Position numbers and translations under genes: made by a program
Shown here: positions 1 through 9,674 of the stretch, one piece after another
Numbering within the stretch: position 1 is the stretch's first letter
Layout: the number at the start of each line of letters is the position of its first letter
Assembly (NCBI RefSeq): GCF_006345805.1
Contig: NC_043012.1
Coordinates: 36,611,001 to 36,644,000, forward strand
Direction of reading: 5' to 3'
Length of the DNA stretch: 33,000 nt
DNA from: Octopus sinensis
Taxonomy: Eukaryota
Notes under the pieces: model-generated
What the model was told of the DNA's origin: nothing
Database searches by the model: none
Seen by the model: only the letters and a program-made list of their open reading frames with translations

Positions 1-47
1 CAACCACTCTGTGAGTGTAGTGGGTGCTTTTTACGTGCCACCTGCAC
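1..47 (-). mobile_element. RTE LINE 3'UTR fragment (cut by window edge)
   Basis: CAACCACTCTGTGAGTGTAGTGGGTGCTTTTTACGTGCCACC, the same segment as in the longer copies at 12815 and 7075. Confidence 0.8.
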
Positions 48-79
48 GTATATATATATATATATAAAATTGCTCAGTC

Positions 80-242
80 TCACGGTGATAAGAGGTTTGA
101 TTCTCACAACCACATAGTTCTTGGTTCAATCACACCTTCAGCAAGAGCAAGTGTCTTCTACAATAGCCCCAAGCCAACTAAAAATCTTGTGAGTGGATAT
201 GGTAGATGGAAACATGAAGAATCCCGTCATATATATATATAT
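80..242 (+). mobile_element. SINE-A 5' half (tRNA-derived head plus body), diverged
   Basis: GCAAGTGTCTTCTACAATAGCC...GTGAGTGGATATGGTAGATGGAAAC matches the copies at 14728 and 28147; ends in (TA)n. Confidence 0.75.
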
Positions 243-342
243 ACTGGAGCCTAGTGCAGCCTCCTGGCTTCCCAGACCCCAGTTGACACGTCCAACCCAT
301 GCCAGCATGGAAAATGGACATTAAAAGATGATGATGACGATG
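243..342 (+). mobile_element. RTE LINE/SINE 3' end with (GAT)n tail
   Basis: CCCATGCCAGCATGGAAAATGGACATTAAAAGATGATGATG terminal motif. Confidence 0.8.
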
Positions 343-570
343 TGTGTGTGTTTGTCTCCTTGACACGATAGTTGTGAGTGTAGCTGTTGTACAAACAGGA
401 TCTTTCATTTACAATATTTTGTGCAGACATGTCTGGCTACAGAGAAATGTTACCTTGCTTAAAAATAGGTGAGGGTTGGTGACGGGTGGGGCAACAAGCC
501 ATAGAAAATATGCCTCAATAAACCATATCCAACCCATGCAAGCAGGGAAAAGTGAACAGTAAAATGAGGA
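343..570 (+). mobile_element. SINE-E body and RTE-like tail
   Basis: TGTCTCCTTGACACGATAGTTG...GAGGGTTGGTGACGG...CCCATGCAAGCAGGGAAAAGTG, similar to 13406-13792 and 16535-16790. Confidence 0.7.
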
Positions 571-651
571 TTCACACACATAGTTTTATCTGATTTGCTT
601 GATGTACAATAATAAGGATAATAGTAATATTTATATCTGTTTGTTTTGATA

Positions 652-1118
652 ATCATCATCATCGTTTAACGTCTGCTTTCCATGCTTAGCATGGGTTGGA
701 CGATTTTGACTGAGGGCGGGCAAATCAGATGGCTGCACCAGGCTCCAATCTTGATCTGGCAGAGTTTCTACAGCTGGATGCCCTTCCTAACACCAACCAC
801 TCCGAGAGTGTAGTGGGTGCTTTTTACGAGCCACCAACATGGGGGCCAGTCAGGCGGTACTGGCAATGACCTCGCTTGAATCTTTTTACACATGCCACCG
901 GCACAGGTGCCAGTAAGGTGATGTTGGTAACGATCACGCTCAAATGGTGTCATTTTACGTGCCACTGGCACGGAAGTCAGTTGGCTGCTCTGGCAACAAT
1001 CATGCTCAGATGGTGCTTTTGGCACCCTACTAGCACGGGCACAAGTGCCAGTAAGGCAACGCTGGTAATGATCATGCTTGAATGGTGCCCTTTAAGTCCC
1101 ACTGGCGCGGAAGCCGGG
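652..1118 (-). mobile_element. RTE LINE 3'UTR, 5'-truncated, hairpin-module subfamily
   Basis: (CAT)n tail, CCATGCTTAGCATGG stem, GGATGCCCTTCCTAAC motif, repeated GTGCCACYGGCAC modules. Confidence 0.85.
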
Positions 1119-1559
1119 CAATAATAAGATTGGAAAAAAATCAACCTTGCTTCAAAAAGATTTTTGACCTCAGATAGCACATAAACAAATTTCATTCCTG
1201 CATTAATGTGCATGTGCACACACACACAAGCTGAGAGTAAGAGAACCATTACACTTTTATATAAGTCTATACTTCCATGTGTTACATCAGTTTGTTCCAC
1301 AATATTTGTAAACACATCAATCTTTCTTTTCTCAGTCTCCTGTTGTCACCAAAATGTTTCCAGCCCTTCTAATTGTCACATTGTGTCTATCCAAGCCTAC
1401 CTTATACATTCACCTTTTCTCCTCTCATCTCTGAAACTCCTTTCTTATCTATGTTTTCTCTACAGATAACCCACCAGCAAGAGTACCTGTAGAGGGGAGG
1501 GATGGCTTGCAAAGTTAAAGGTCATTGCCTCCTTTAGTTGCAGATAAAAATATGGGTAT

Positions 1560-1710
1560 TATTCATATAAAAATATGCATAAGTGAGCACGCAAGTGTGT
1601 ATGTATCTATGTATATACATACATACACTTATCATATATTGAGTGAGACTGTGCAATTTTATCTCTATATATAAATATATATATAAAATGTGAGCATACT
1701 CACACACACA
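1560..1710. repeat. Mixed (TA)/(CA)/(TGTA) low-complexity tract
   Basis: Direct reading of the sequence. Confidence 0.7.
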
Positions 1711-1759
1711 AGGTGGTGAGTCAGTACAGTTGTGACAATGTTCTTTCTCTTTAATATCA

Positions 1760-1975
1760 TCATAATCATCATTTAATGTAATCCATGTTCCATGGATGGT
1801 TTGAGAGAATCTGATGGGTCCCAAAACTGCATTCTGCTCGCATGCACTTTGGCATGGCTCCTATGACTTTATGCCCTTCTTATGAAAAGCCAGTCACGTT
1901 ACAGATTGTTGTGGGTGCTTTTATTTTCATGCTGCTAGCACTAGTGAAGATGCTATGCAGCTTGCAAGACTATGA
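1760..1975 (-). mobile_element. Degraded RTE-tailed element
   Basis: ATCATCATTTAATG...ATGCCCTTCTTATG...GTGGGTGCTTTT, a degenerate version of the RTE 3' end. Confidence 0.5.
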
Positions 1976-1994
1976 CCACTCCTCAGGATTGGAG

Positions 1995-2290
1995 GAGAGA
2001 CAGAGAGAACTTTGGGTTTACGGATTGAGGATTATGAGAAAAGGGCCAGAGCAAAACAGTCTTTGTACTGCAGGGGGACCAAATGATTACTTATATTTCA
2101 GAAGAGAGTACGGAAGTGATTGGCTGGAGTTGATGCGATCTCAGGGAGGACCTTCAAGGCACAAGGCAAGCAGGAATGAGTGGGAGAGTAGGGGATGTCT
2201 GGCAGTTTGGAGCTGCAGAATAATATTGATGTTACAGTAAACAGGACGAATGAAAGATGACATGCTGTTGTGTAGGTTGTAAGGCTAGAG
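1995..2290 (-). mobile_element. L2/CR1-group LINE 3' relic (RT C-terminus)
   Basis: Minus-strand translation gives CSSKLPDIP and NHFRTLF, resembling the CSSELxxLIP and NHYxxSFFPRT motifs at L2-group ORF2 ends; frameshifted. Confidence 0.55.
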
Positions 2291-2295
2291 TAGAA

Positions 2296-2372
2296 GTCAC
2301 TTGCCCAAGGTGTCACACAGTGGGATTGAAACCCCAAACCATGTTATTAAGAAGCAAACTTCTTACGCTACC
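2296..2372 (-). mobile_element. SINE-A head fragment
   Basis: CTTGCCCAAGGTGTCACACAGTGGGATTGAAACCC (reverse B-box region). Confidence 0.65.
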
Positions 2373-2504
2373 AAGTCACTGACACTTGGTGGTGAAAATC
2401 CAGTAAAAATGGAGTACAGAGAAATAGAAACGTGAAAGATGAAATGATCTCAAAGAAACGAGGGAGAGAATTGGGTGGGGGTGAGGTGGTTTCTCTATGA
2501 TCTT

Positions 2505-2858
2505 TGATCTTTTACTTGTCTCAGCCATTAGGCTGCGGCCATGCTGGGGCACCACCTTGAAAAATTTTAGTTGAATGAATTGACCCCAGGACTTATTTTT
2601 TAAATCTGGTCCTTGTTCTGTTGGAGTGTTTTGCTAAGTTTTGAGGATGTAAACACATCAACAACAGTTATCAAGTAGTGGTGGGGGACAAACACAGACA
2701 CAAAGATACACACACACATATGAAGTGCTTCTTTCAGTTTCTGTCTACTATGGTTGACCTGAGGCTATAGAAGACAAGTTGCCCAAGGTGCCAGACAGTG
2801 GGACTGAACCTGGAACCATGTGGATGGGAAGCAAACTTCTTGTCACACTGCCACACCT
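2505..2858 (-). mobile_element. SINE-A, near full length, CpG-decayed
   Basis: Colinear with the young copy at 28147-28598 from tail (TTTTACTTGT) to head (CACACTGCCACACC). Confidence 0.85.
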
Positions 2859-3499
2859 GATAAAGAAATATAATATATTACATATTAATTCTGTGAAGAG
2901 CAGAAAAAGAGCAGAATGGTGAATGAATTCTAGTTTGATTTGAACCAAGTTCTATTTATATTCTCTCGGTCATTCCAAAAATGTATAAAACCCAGCATGT
3001 GTTGGCCAACCAGTGGATCAAAACCACAGCATGCTCACACCGACTTTACTATGCCGGTTGTATGCCCAGCAACCTCCACACAGACTAATAAGGATAATAT
3101 CAGGGACGTGCCACCTGGGTAGGCAAGGTAGACAGAGCCTACCTTGAATAAAATAGATCGATAGTAACGTTTTCCTCTCATGGCAAAATGTGGACCTAAT
3201 TCAATAAAATTATGAAGGTTACTCTGATTACTGTGCAAAATGTTTTTTTTTTTTGTAGATTAGGTAAGTATAATTCACACCTGCCTTTCAATTTCAGTAT
3301 TTAAGCTACGCATAAATACTGTTGTAGTACATGTGCTGCGTACACTCCTACAACAACGTCTTCTTTATATGCTATAAAGGCAGAAATAGATCTGCCTTCA
3401 ACTCAGTCATTCGTCTGTGCTTCGCTTATTCTTGGTTTTTTACTACATAAAGGTCACCAACTGCCTACCATGACAGCATGTTCCTAGATAATATGTATC

Positions 3500-3607
3500 C
3501 AGTATCTTTTCTCATGACCCCTAACTTACAACTGTAAGTCTCCAATTTACTATTCTGCTTGCGTGGACCCTCAGAAATCTTATGTGGACCCTGGTTGAGA
3601 ACCACTG
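3500..3607. mobile_element. hAT-type MITE end
   Basis: Ends in GGTTGAGAACCACTG, the same TIR type as 4485-4685. Confidence 0.5.
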
Positions 3608-3608
3608 A

Positions 3609-3835
3609 AACCCTTTAGCATTTAAACCAGCCATATCAAGCTCAAATATTCTACTTGTTTTATATTGAAACTGCTGAGATCCAGCCTCTCACACTTACCC
3701 TACAATGTCATTCTAAACATAAACAGTCATACCATTGAAATCTCAAAGCTACAAGATAATGTTCAGTTAATTCGAAATGATGCAAATAAATAAGCATTGC
3801 ATTTGGCAAAGTGAATTTGAATACTAAAAGGTTAA
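3609..3835. mobile_element. piggyBac-like MITE (family P1)
   Basis: Termini AACCCTTTAGCATT ... ATACTAAAAGGTTAA; other copies at 9675 and 10383 have TTAA/CCC...GGG/TTAA ends. Confidence 0.75.
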
Positions 3836-4090
3836 CATCCACTTTTCCATGCTTGCATGGATCGGATGGAATTCATTGAGGCAGATGTTCTATGACTGAA
3901 TACCTTTCTTGTTGCTGATCCTCACCTGTTTCTAAGAAAGGTAATATTTCCCCAACACCCTTCAAATACAATTAGCATAAAGGCTGGCCGTGATCTTACA
4001 GAAGATAGCAAGTGAACACCATCATTTGTACGACAGAAACACTACTTTACGATCAGTGTTCAATGTCAAAACAGGGAAACATAAATATGT
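3836..4090 (-). mobile_element. SINE-E, degraded
   Basis: CATCCACTTTTCCATGCTTGCATGG tail stem; body aligns by eye with 343-570 and 5665-5835. Confidence 0.7.
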
Positions 4091-4098
4091 ACGTATTC

Positions 4099-4347
4099 TT
4101 AATGGACAATGTAGTTATGGAGACTCATGTACAATACTGTAAGTTTCTATGTGAATGATGAGATGATCCTCATACTTCTTCAGCTGTTGTAAACCTGGTG
4201 TTCTTAGCACTATTCATACAATACAGGCATTTGTAATTGATAGTGCTGTGGGCTTATGACAGCTGAAGAAGTGTGACAATTATCGTATTTTTGACACAGA
4301 AACTTAAAGTCCTGTATGTGAGTCTCCATAACTACATCATTCATTGA
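4099..4347. repeat. ~250-bp imperfect fold-back (single long hairpin)
   Basis: 4109-4195 is the reverse complement of 4250-4337 at roughly 75-80% identity; the inner AGCACTATTCATACAA/TTGTAATTGATAGTGCT pair closes a 9-nt loop. Confidence 0.85.
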
Positions 4348-4484
4348 CACTGAGGTCTACCTCTTTTGTCGCCACATATGGTTTTTTGGTTATACACACA
4401 CACACATCTGTATGTGGTTATGAAGTGAACATCTTATCACAGCCATGCAATATTTGAATTAAGAGCATATAGGTCCCTCTAGGC

Positions 4485-4685
4485 TAGTGGTTTTCAACCA
4501 GGGTTCCGCCAGTACAGTGCAGGGGTTCCGCAAGAAGTTACGAAATTGCTAAAATCGGCAGTAATTTTTAATTCTCCTGTGCAGATATGTGTGCATAAGA
4601 CTATTAAATTATTGCACAGGGGTTCCTCGAGCCAGTGGAATGTTTCCTTGGGGTTCCGCTCCAGCAAAAAGTTTGAAAAGCACTG
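4485..4685. mobile_element. hAT-superfamily MITE, 201 bp, with TSD
   Basis: TIRs TAGTGGTTTTCAACC / GTTTGAAAAGCACTG; 8-bp TSD CTCTAGGC at 4477-4484 and 4686-4693. Confidence 0.9.
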
Positions 4686-4829
4686 CTCTAGGCATCCTGT
4701 CCGCCCCTCTAACTATTCTATTCGTCCATCATCCTGGGTGGGTACTTTTATTTATTGACTCCTGAAAGGATTAATGGCAACACTGAGAAGGCTGGAGCTG
4801 ATTTTATTTTTATTTTCTTCTTCTTAATG

Positions 4830-5070
4830 ATTTGGTGTGGAGAAGGTACCAGGTTCATGGCCTTCAAAGACTCTCCAAGACCACTGAGATTGGCATCATT
4901 GATGTCCTTCAACAGCTAACTACATGTTGATGGCTGCAGGGAAGAAATTTCAAAGAGATGATGTTTAGAGAAAGAAAGACTGTAATAGTGGTTAGTGCAA
5001 ACCTGAGATGATGTCTATGGGGATAAAGATGAGATGGGGATCCAGCAGACAGATTGGACTTGAGTGGGGG
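4830..5070 (-). mobile_element. L2-group LINE 3' relic
   Basis: Minus strand reads roughly TNHYxxSFF...LxNFLPAA with frameshifts; same class as 1995-2290. Confidence 0.5.
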
Positions 5071-5164
5071 TGGTCACATGATCAGAATATATTTTATTGA
5101 TTTGCCAGGATTTGAGCTCAAAATTTAAAGTAAGTAATCATTGACATCTGTATTCGACCCCCAT

Positions 5165-5660
5165 AATAATGGTTTCAAATTTTGGCACAAGGTCAAATAT
5201 TTTGTGGGGAAGCAGTTAGTCGATGCAATTGATCTCATTACCTGAATGGTACTTTATTTTATTGACCCAGAAAGGATGAGAGGCAAAGACAACCATGGCA
5301 GGATTTGAACTCAGAACATAAAGAGTTGGAAGAAATACTACTAAAATAATAACAAGTTTCAAATTTTGGTGCAAGGCCAGCAATTTCGGAGGAGGGGGTG
5401 CGGTTGATTACATTGATATCCCCAGTTCACAACTGGTACTTATTTTATCAACCCTGAAAGAATGAAAGGCAAAGCTAGCTTCAGTGGAATTTGAACTCAG
5501 AATGCAAAGACAAAATACAACTAAGCATTTTATCCAATTCTCAAATAATTCTGCCAGTCTCCAGCCTCTTTATAATGGTTTTTGATTTAGGCACAGGACA
5601 ATAATTTTTGAGGTGGGAGAGCAGGTAAGTTGATCCCATCGACACGAGTACATGTGCCCT
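5165..5660 (-). mobile_element. Head-to-tail array of SINE-B copies (two near full, one tail fragment)
   Basis: Three repeats of the GGTTTCAAATTTTGGCACAAGG-type tail; two contain GAAAGGATGA(A)AGGCAAAG...GAATTTGAACTCAGAA. Confidence 0.75.
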
Positions 5661-5664
5661 TGTT

Positions 5665-5975
5665 TAACCCTCACCTGTTTCTAAGCAACACAGACCTTCC
5701 CCATCACCAAACATGTTTTGCACAGAAGACCCGAAACAAGCATGCTACTTGCATGAAGGTGACACCCGCTTACAACTTTCACACAATATCAAGACAAGGA
5801 GACACTAACACACACACACCATCATCATCATCATCACTGAACTTGTGTTTTCTATGCTGACAGGGTCTCTACACCAGATTCCATAGATTGTTCTGGCTTG
5901 GTTTCCACAGGTGGATGCCCTTCCTAATGCCAACCATTTTGCAGAGTGGACTGGATGCTTTTTATGTGGTACCAT
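5665..5975 (-). mobile_element. SINE-E and RTE-tail fragments
   Basis: CTCACCTGTTTCTAAGC...AAGACAAGGAGACAC; GGATGCCCTTCCTAATGCCAACC. Confidence 0.6.
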
Positions 5976-6029
5976 CTCCACATATCTATACTTAATACAT
6001 CATAAAGATGATCAACAGACTGAATTACA

Positions 6030-6236
6030 TCTTTTACTCGTTTCAGTCATTTGACTGTGGCCATGCTGGAGCACCGCCTTTAGTCGAGCAAATCGACCCC
6101 CAGGACTTATTCTTTGTAAGCCTAGTACTTATTCTATCGGTCTCTTTTGCTGAACTGCTAAGTTACGGGGACGTAAACACACCAGCATCAGTTGTCAAGC
6201 GATGTTGGGGGGATAAACACAGACACACAAACATAC

Positions 6237-6269
<33 letters not shown>

Positions 6270-6845
6270 CATATATACGATGGGCTTCTTTCAATTTCCG
6301 CCAACCAAATCCACTCACAAGGCTTTGGTCGGCTCGAGGCTACAGTAGAAGACACTCGCACAAGGTGCCATGCAGTGGGACTGAACCTGGAACCATGTGG
6401 TTGGTAAGCAAGCTAAAGTCCCCAAAGTCCATCCCCTCCTCACCATGGTGGGGACGCTTGCAACGGGTAGTGTCAGAGCTATGCTGTCGGGAACTTCGGT
6501 TCCTGGTAGGGCCACCCAAGGCGGATTGGTCTGACACCGAGTGGTATTAGGCCCACAACCCGGCAGACGGGGCTCTGGTGAAAAGCCTCGGAGTGTCTGC
6601 TTCGGCAACCAGCGGCTCCTCGGTTGTTCTGTCCCTGCGTCTGCGGACAATCTGCGGCAAACGGGATGTCTCCACATGTGGGATTGTTGGGGACCACTTG
6701 TGAAATCCACATATTCTCACGAAATGTCTTCCAACTTCTTCGAGATGCCTCGAGGGTGGTAGATGAAGCCGACTCAACCTGCCCAGGGTGAATGTCGCCA
6801 CAAGTAAAAGTAAGTAAGCAAGCTACTTACCACACAGCCACGCCT
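6030..6845 (-). mobile_element. SINE-A full length, interrupted in its head by a LINE fragment
   Basis: Colinear with 28147-28598; the head resumes after a 12-bp TSD at 6814-6825. Confidence 0.9.
6416..6813 (+). mobile_element. 5'-truncated LINE 3' end, probably a second RTE-clade family, with (AAGT)-like tail
   Basis: 12-bp TSD GTAAGCAAGCTA (6404-6415, 6814-6825); degenerate peptide WWGRLQR...GPPKADWSD...AHN..ALVKSL resembles RTE ORF2 ends (RWFGHxxR...GRPxxxWxD...AxxRxxWRxLV). Confidence 0.65.
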
Positions 6846-7074
6846 ACGCCTTGTTTATATATATTTTGGAAAGATATTTCTTTTATATAAAATATCATAA
6901 AACATCAAACATTTTTATCGAGATAGAAAACGGAGATCTAAGGGATAAAAATTTATTTATTAATTTGTTGTATCCATTAGATCTCTCTGTTTTCTAACTC
7001 AACAATAAAGTTTGATATATATATATATATATAGTTTTATCTGATTTGCTTGATGTACAATAATAAGGATAATA

Positions 7075-7780
7075 AGACCTTCGAACTTTAGGTCTCACTG
7101 AGGAAATGACTAGAGACCGAGACCTCTGGAAGTGTGCTGTGCGCGAGAAGACCCGGCAGGACAAGTGAGTCCATAACCCGTGGCCTTCTACATGGGATGG
7201 AGCCAGCCTACGTATGCATACCTTCCCTTCTTGGGACACAAAACTCTACTTGTGAAGACGTGTTGAGGCAAGTGAGGATCAGAATCGAAATCGATCAATG
7301 GAAATTGCGGATGTGCTACCAGTGCCGGTGGCATGTCGAAACTCTGCTTGTGAAGACCCGTTGAGGCAAGTGAGGATCAGAATCGAAATCGATCAATGGA
7401 AATCGATCAATGGAAATTGCAGATGTGTTACCAGTGCCGGTGGCATGTAAGAGAACTTTCCGTTTCGCGACCGTTGCCAGCACCGCCCCGTTTCGTGTCC
7501 GTTGCCAGCCTCGCCTGGCCCTCGTGCCGGTGGCACATAAAAAGCACCATCCGTTCGTGGCCGTTTGCCAGCTCTGTCTGGCACCAGTGCGGGTGGCACG
7601 TAAAAAGCACCCACTACACTCACGGAGTGGTTGGCGTTAGGAAGGGCATCCAGCCGTAGAAACACTGCCAGATTTGACTGGGCCTGATGAAGCCTTCTGG
7701 CTTCACAGACCCCAGTAGAACCGTCCAACCCATGCTAGCATGGAAAACGGACGCTAAACGATGATGATGATGATGATGAT
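7075..7780 (+). mobile_element. RTE LINE 3' end: ORF2 C-terminus, full 3'UTR and (GAT)n tail
   Basis: DLRTLGLTEEMTRDRDLWKCAVREKTRQDK* from 7076; ~98-bp internal tandem duplication at 7243-7450; TGATATATAT target duplicated on both sides. Confidence 0.9.
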
Positions 7781-7877
7781 ATATATATATATATACACAC
7801 ACATATATATAAATAAATAAACATATATGTATGTATACACACACATACATATATATATATATGAATGTGTGTGTGTG

Positions 7878-7919
<42 letters not shown>

Positions 7920-7935
7920 GACACAAACATACATA
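7781..7935. repeat. Compound (TA)n/(TG)n/(CA)n microsatellite
   Basis: Direct reading of the sequence. Confidence 0.95.
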
Positions 7936-7964
7936 CACATGGTTGATCTCCATCATATGTTAAA

Positions 7965-8110
7965 TGAGGGTTCAGCTGATTGAATTAGCATATAAGTGGC
8001 TGAGTATTCCACAGATGTGTATAACCTTAACATAATTCTCAGAGAGGATCAGCATAACACAGCGTGTGTGTGTGTTGTGGCAAGTCCATACTTTCTGAAT
8101 TACAGGCAAA
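7965..8110 (+). mobile_element. Interspersed repeat fragment (family F, SINE-like body)
   Basis: AAGTGGCTGAGTATTCCACAGATGTGTATAACCTTAAC; related copy at 22875-22955. Confidence 0.5.
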
Positions 8111-8199
8111 AGCCAGCCACTGGGCTTCCATAGTTTCCATCTATGCAATTTCAGTCACAAGGTATGGACCGACCAGAGGCTATAGACAATGCCACACAC

Positions 8200-8414
8200 C
8201 TATTCCTTTACTACCCACAAGGGGCTAAATACAGAGGGGACAAATGGATTAAGTCGATTACATCGACCCCAGTGTGTAACTGGTACTTAATTTATCGACC
8301 CCGAAAGGATGAAAGGCAAAGTCGACCTCGGCGGAATTTGAACTCACAACGTAACAGCAGACGAAATATGGCTATACATTTCACCCAGCGTCCTAACGTT
8401 TCTGCCAGCTCGCC
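8200..8414 (-). mobile_element. SINE-B full length, inserted into a SINE-A head
   Basis: Head GGCGAGCTGGCAGAAACGTTAG and B-box GAGTTCAAATTCC on the minus strand; probable TSD ATGCCACACA (8189-8198, 8419-8428). Confidence 0.85.
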
Positions 8415-8558
8415 TAACATGCCACACAGTGGGGTTGAACCTGAGTCCTTCTGGTTGCACAGTCATACATACGTGCATGCATAAATACGTGTGTGTTTGT
8501 TCTAAGTTGTTGGCTACAGTTATGCACCAAGCAAGTTAAAATTTTGCCTGTGGGACAT

Positions 8559-8657
8559 CATCATCATCGTTTAACGTCCGCTTTCCATGCTAGCATGGGT
8601 TAGACGGTTCAACTGGGGTCTGGGAAGCCAGGAGGCTGCACCAGGCCCAGTCTGACA
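8559..8657 (-). mobile_element. Short 5'-truncated RTE 3' end with TSD
   Basis: 10-bp TSD TGTGGGACAT at 8549-8558 and 8658-8667. Confidence 0.9.
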
Positions 8658-8699
8658 TGTGGGACATATTTTCAAGAATGTTACGGGTTGAGTTCATTC

Positions 8700-8925
8700 T
8701 TTGCTGCTATTTTCTATAAAGCTCGGTCCTGCTGCTATTTCAATATAGTAAACTAGGTACTGTTGTTAGTGCTAAATAATAAGCTGGGTACTACAGCAAT
8801 TTGTAAAACAAGTTGGGTACCACAGCTAGTTTTGTTAAAGCTGGGTACTATGACTAATTTGACATAAGCTGGGTACTGTTGTTAGTTCTATAGCCTAAAC
8901 TGTGTATAACTGTTAGTTATAAGCA
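8700..8925. repeat. Degenerate minisatellite, ~7 units of 28-31 bp
   Basis: AAGCTGGGTAC-like motif at 8719, 8750, 8781, 8810, 8838, 8866, 8897. Confidence 0.75.
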
Positions 8926-9674
8926 TAACCAGTTTATTTTTCTTCAAATGCGAAACCCCTGTAATCAAGCATATAGTGACGTTTTAAGTGTCCTCCATGG
9001 GTATTTAGTAACATAATTAATAGCTTCAACAGCAGATAGAAACCATATTGCTTCAGTTGACACACTGTAATTTTCTAAATGATATTACATGTCCATAATT
9101 TAATCCTTTAATACCTAAAAAATTGTTGGCTAATCCTCTTATTATGATGGTGTATCTGATGAGTATGAAGATATTTGGGTACAGTGTGTTATGTTGTACT
9201 GAAATGTCTGTCGGCAACCACACACAATGTTTTTAGTGTCGTTTGTGAGAAGGTGGGAGAGAAATTTTAAAGCATTATATATTGATAGTTTTACATGTGA
9301 AAACCCTTCCCTTGGAGCTGCTATTCTTTGAACTGGGAATTAAGAGTGGGAAAAAGAAAAGAAAAAAATCTGGTGTCAATCAAGCAGGTTGAAAACGGAA
9401 GGTTTATCTGACTATAATAAAGTCTGAACTCATAAACCCCATGATCAGTAATCCAGTATGTAACCAGACCAATAATCGTACCTCATTGTCAGAATAAAAA
9501 ACCCCAGAGTTTTAATACTTTTGTAATGATATCTCTGTTGAAATACACCACATTTGTGTCGATTATTTTCAGAGATGAAGACTTTAGTAAAATAACTTTT
9601 GTCATTATTAAACTGGTGTTTAGAGCAGAAAAATTAACAGGAAATTTGGTAAGTTTTAATTTAACCCATTTTAA

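Noticed and set aside
1466-1520. Strong plus-strand acceptor with peptide DNPPARVPVEGRDGLQS*
   Set aside because: All three frames stop within about 55 nt and there is no good donor. It could be a terminal exon, but nothing else supports it.
4002-4138. Apparent exon with acceptor, GTAAGT donor and a CCCH-finger-like end (LNGQCSYGDSCTIL)
   Set aside because: The first ~90 nt align with the degraded SINE-E body and the first Cys is absent, so it is most likely coincidental. It would become interesting only if RNA-seq showed exonisation, because the hairpin would then cover the donor.
5620-5632. CAG|GTAAGT donor
   Set aside because: It lies within the antisense SINE-B tail, where a similar motif recurs.
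7684-7690. CTGATGA hammerhead core
   Set aside because: It is a point-mutated version of CTGGTGCA seen in the other RTE copies, with no helix II or GAAA. CTGATGA at 9156 also lacks valid helices I and III.
8700-8925. CRISPR array
   Set aside because: Eukaryotic context, 11-bp degenerate repeat, related spacers and no cas genes; kept as a minisatellite.
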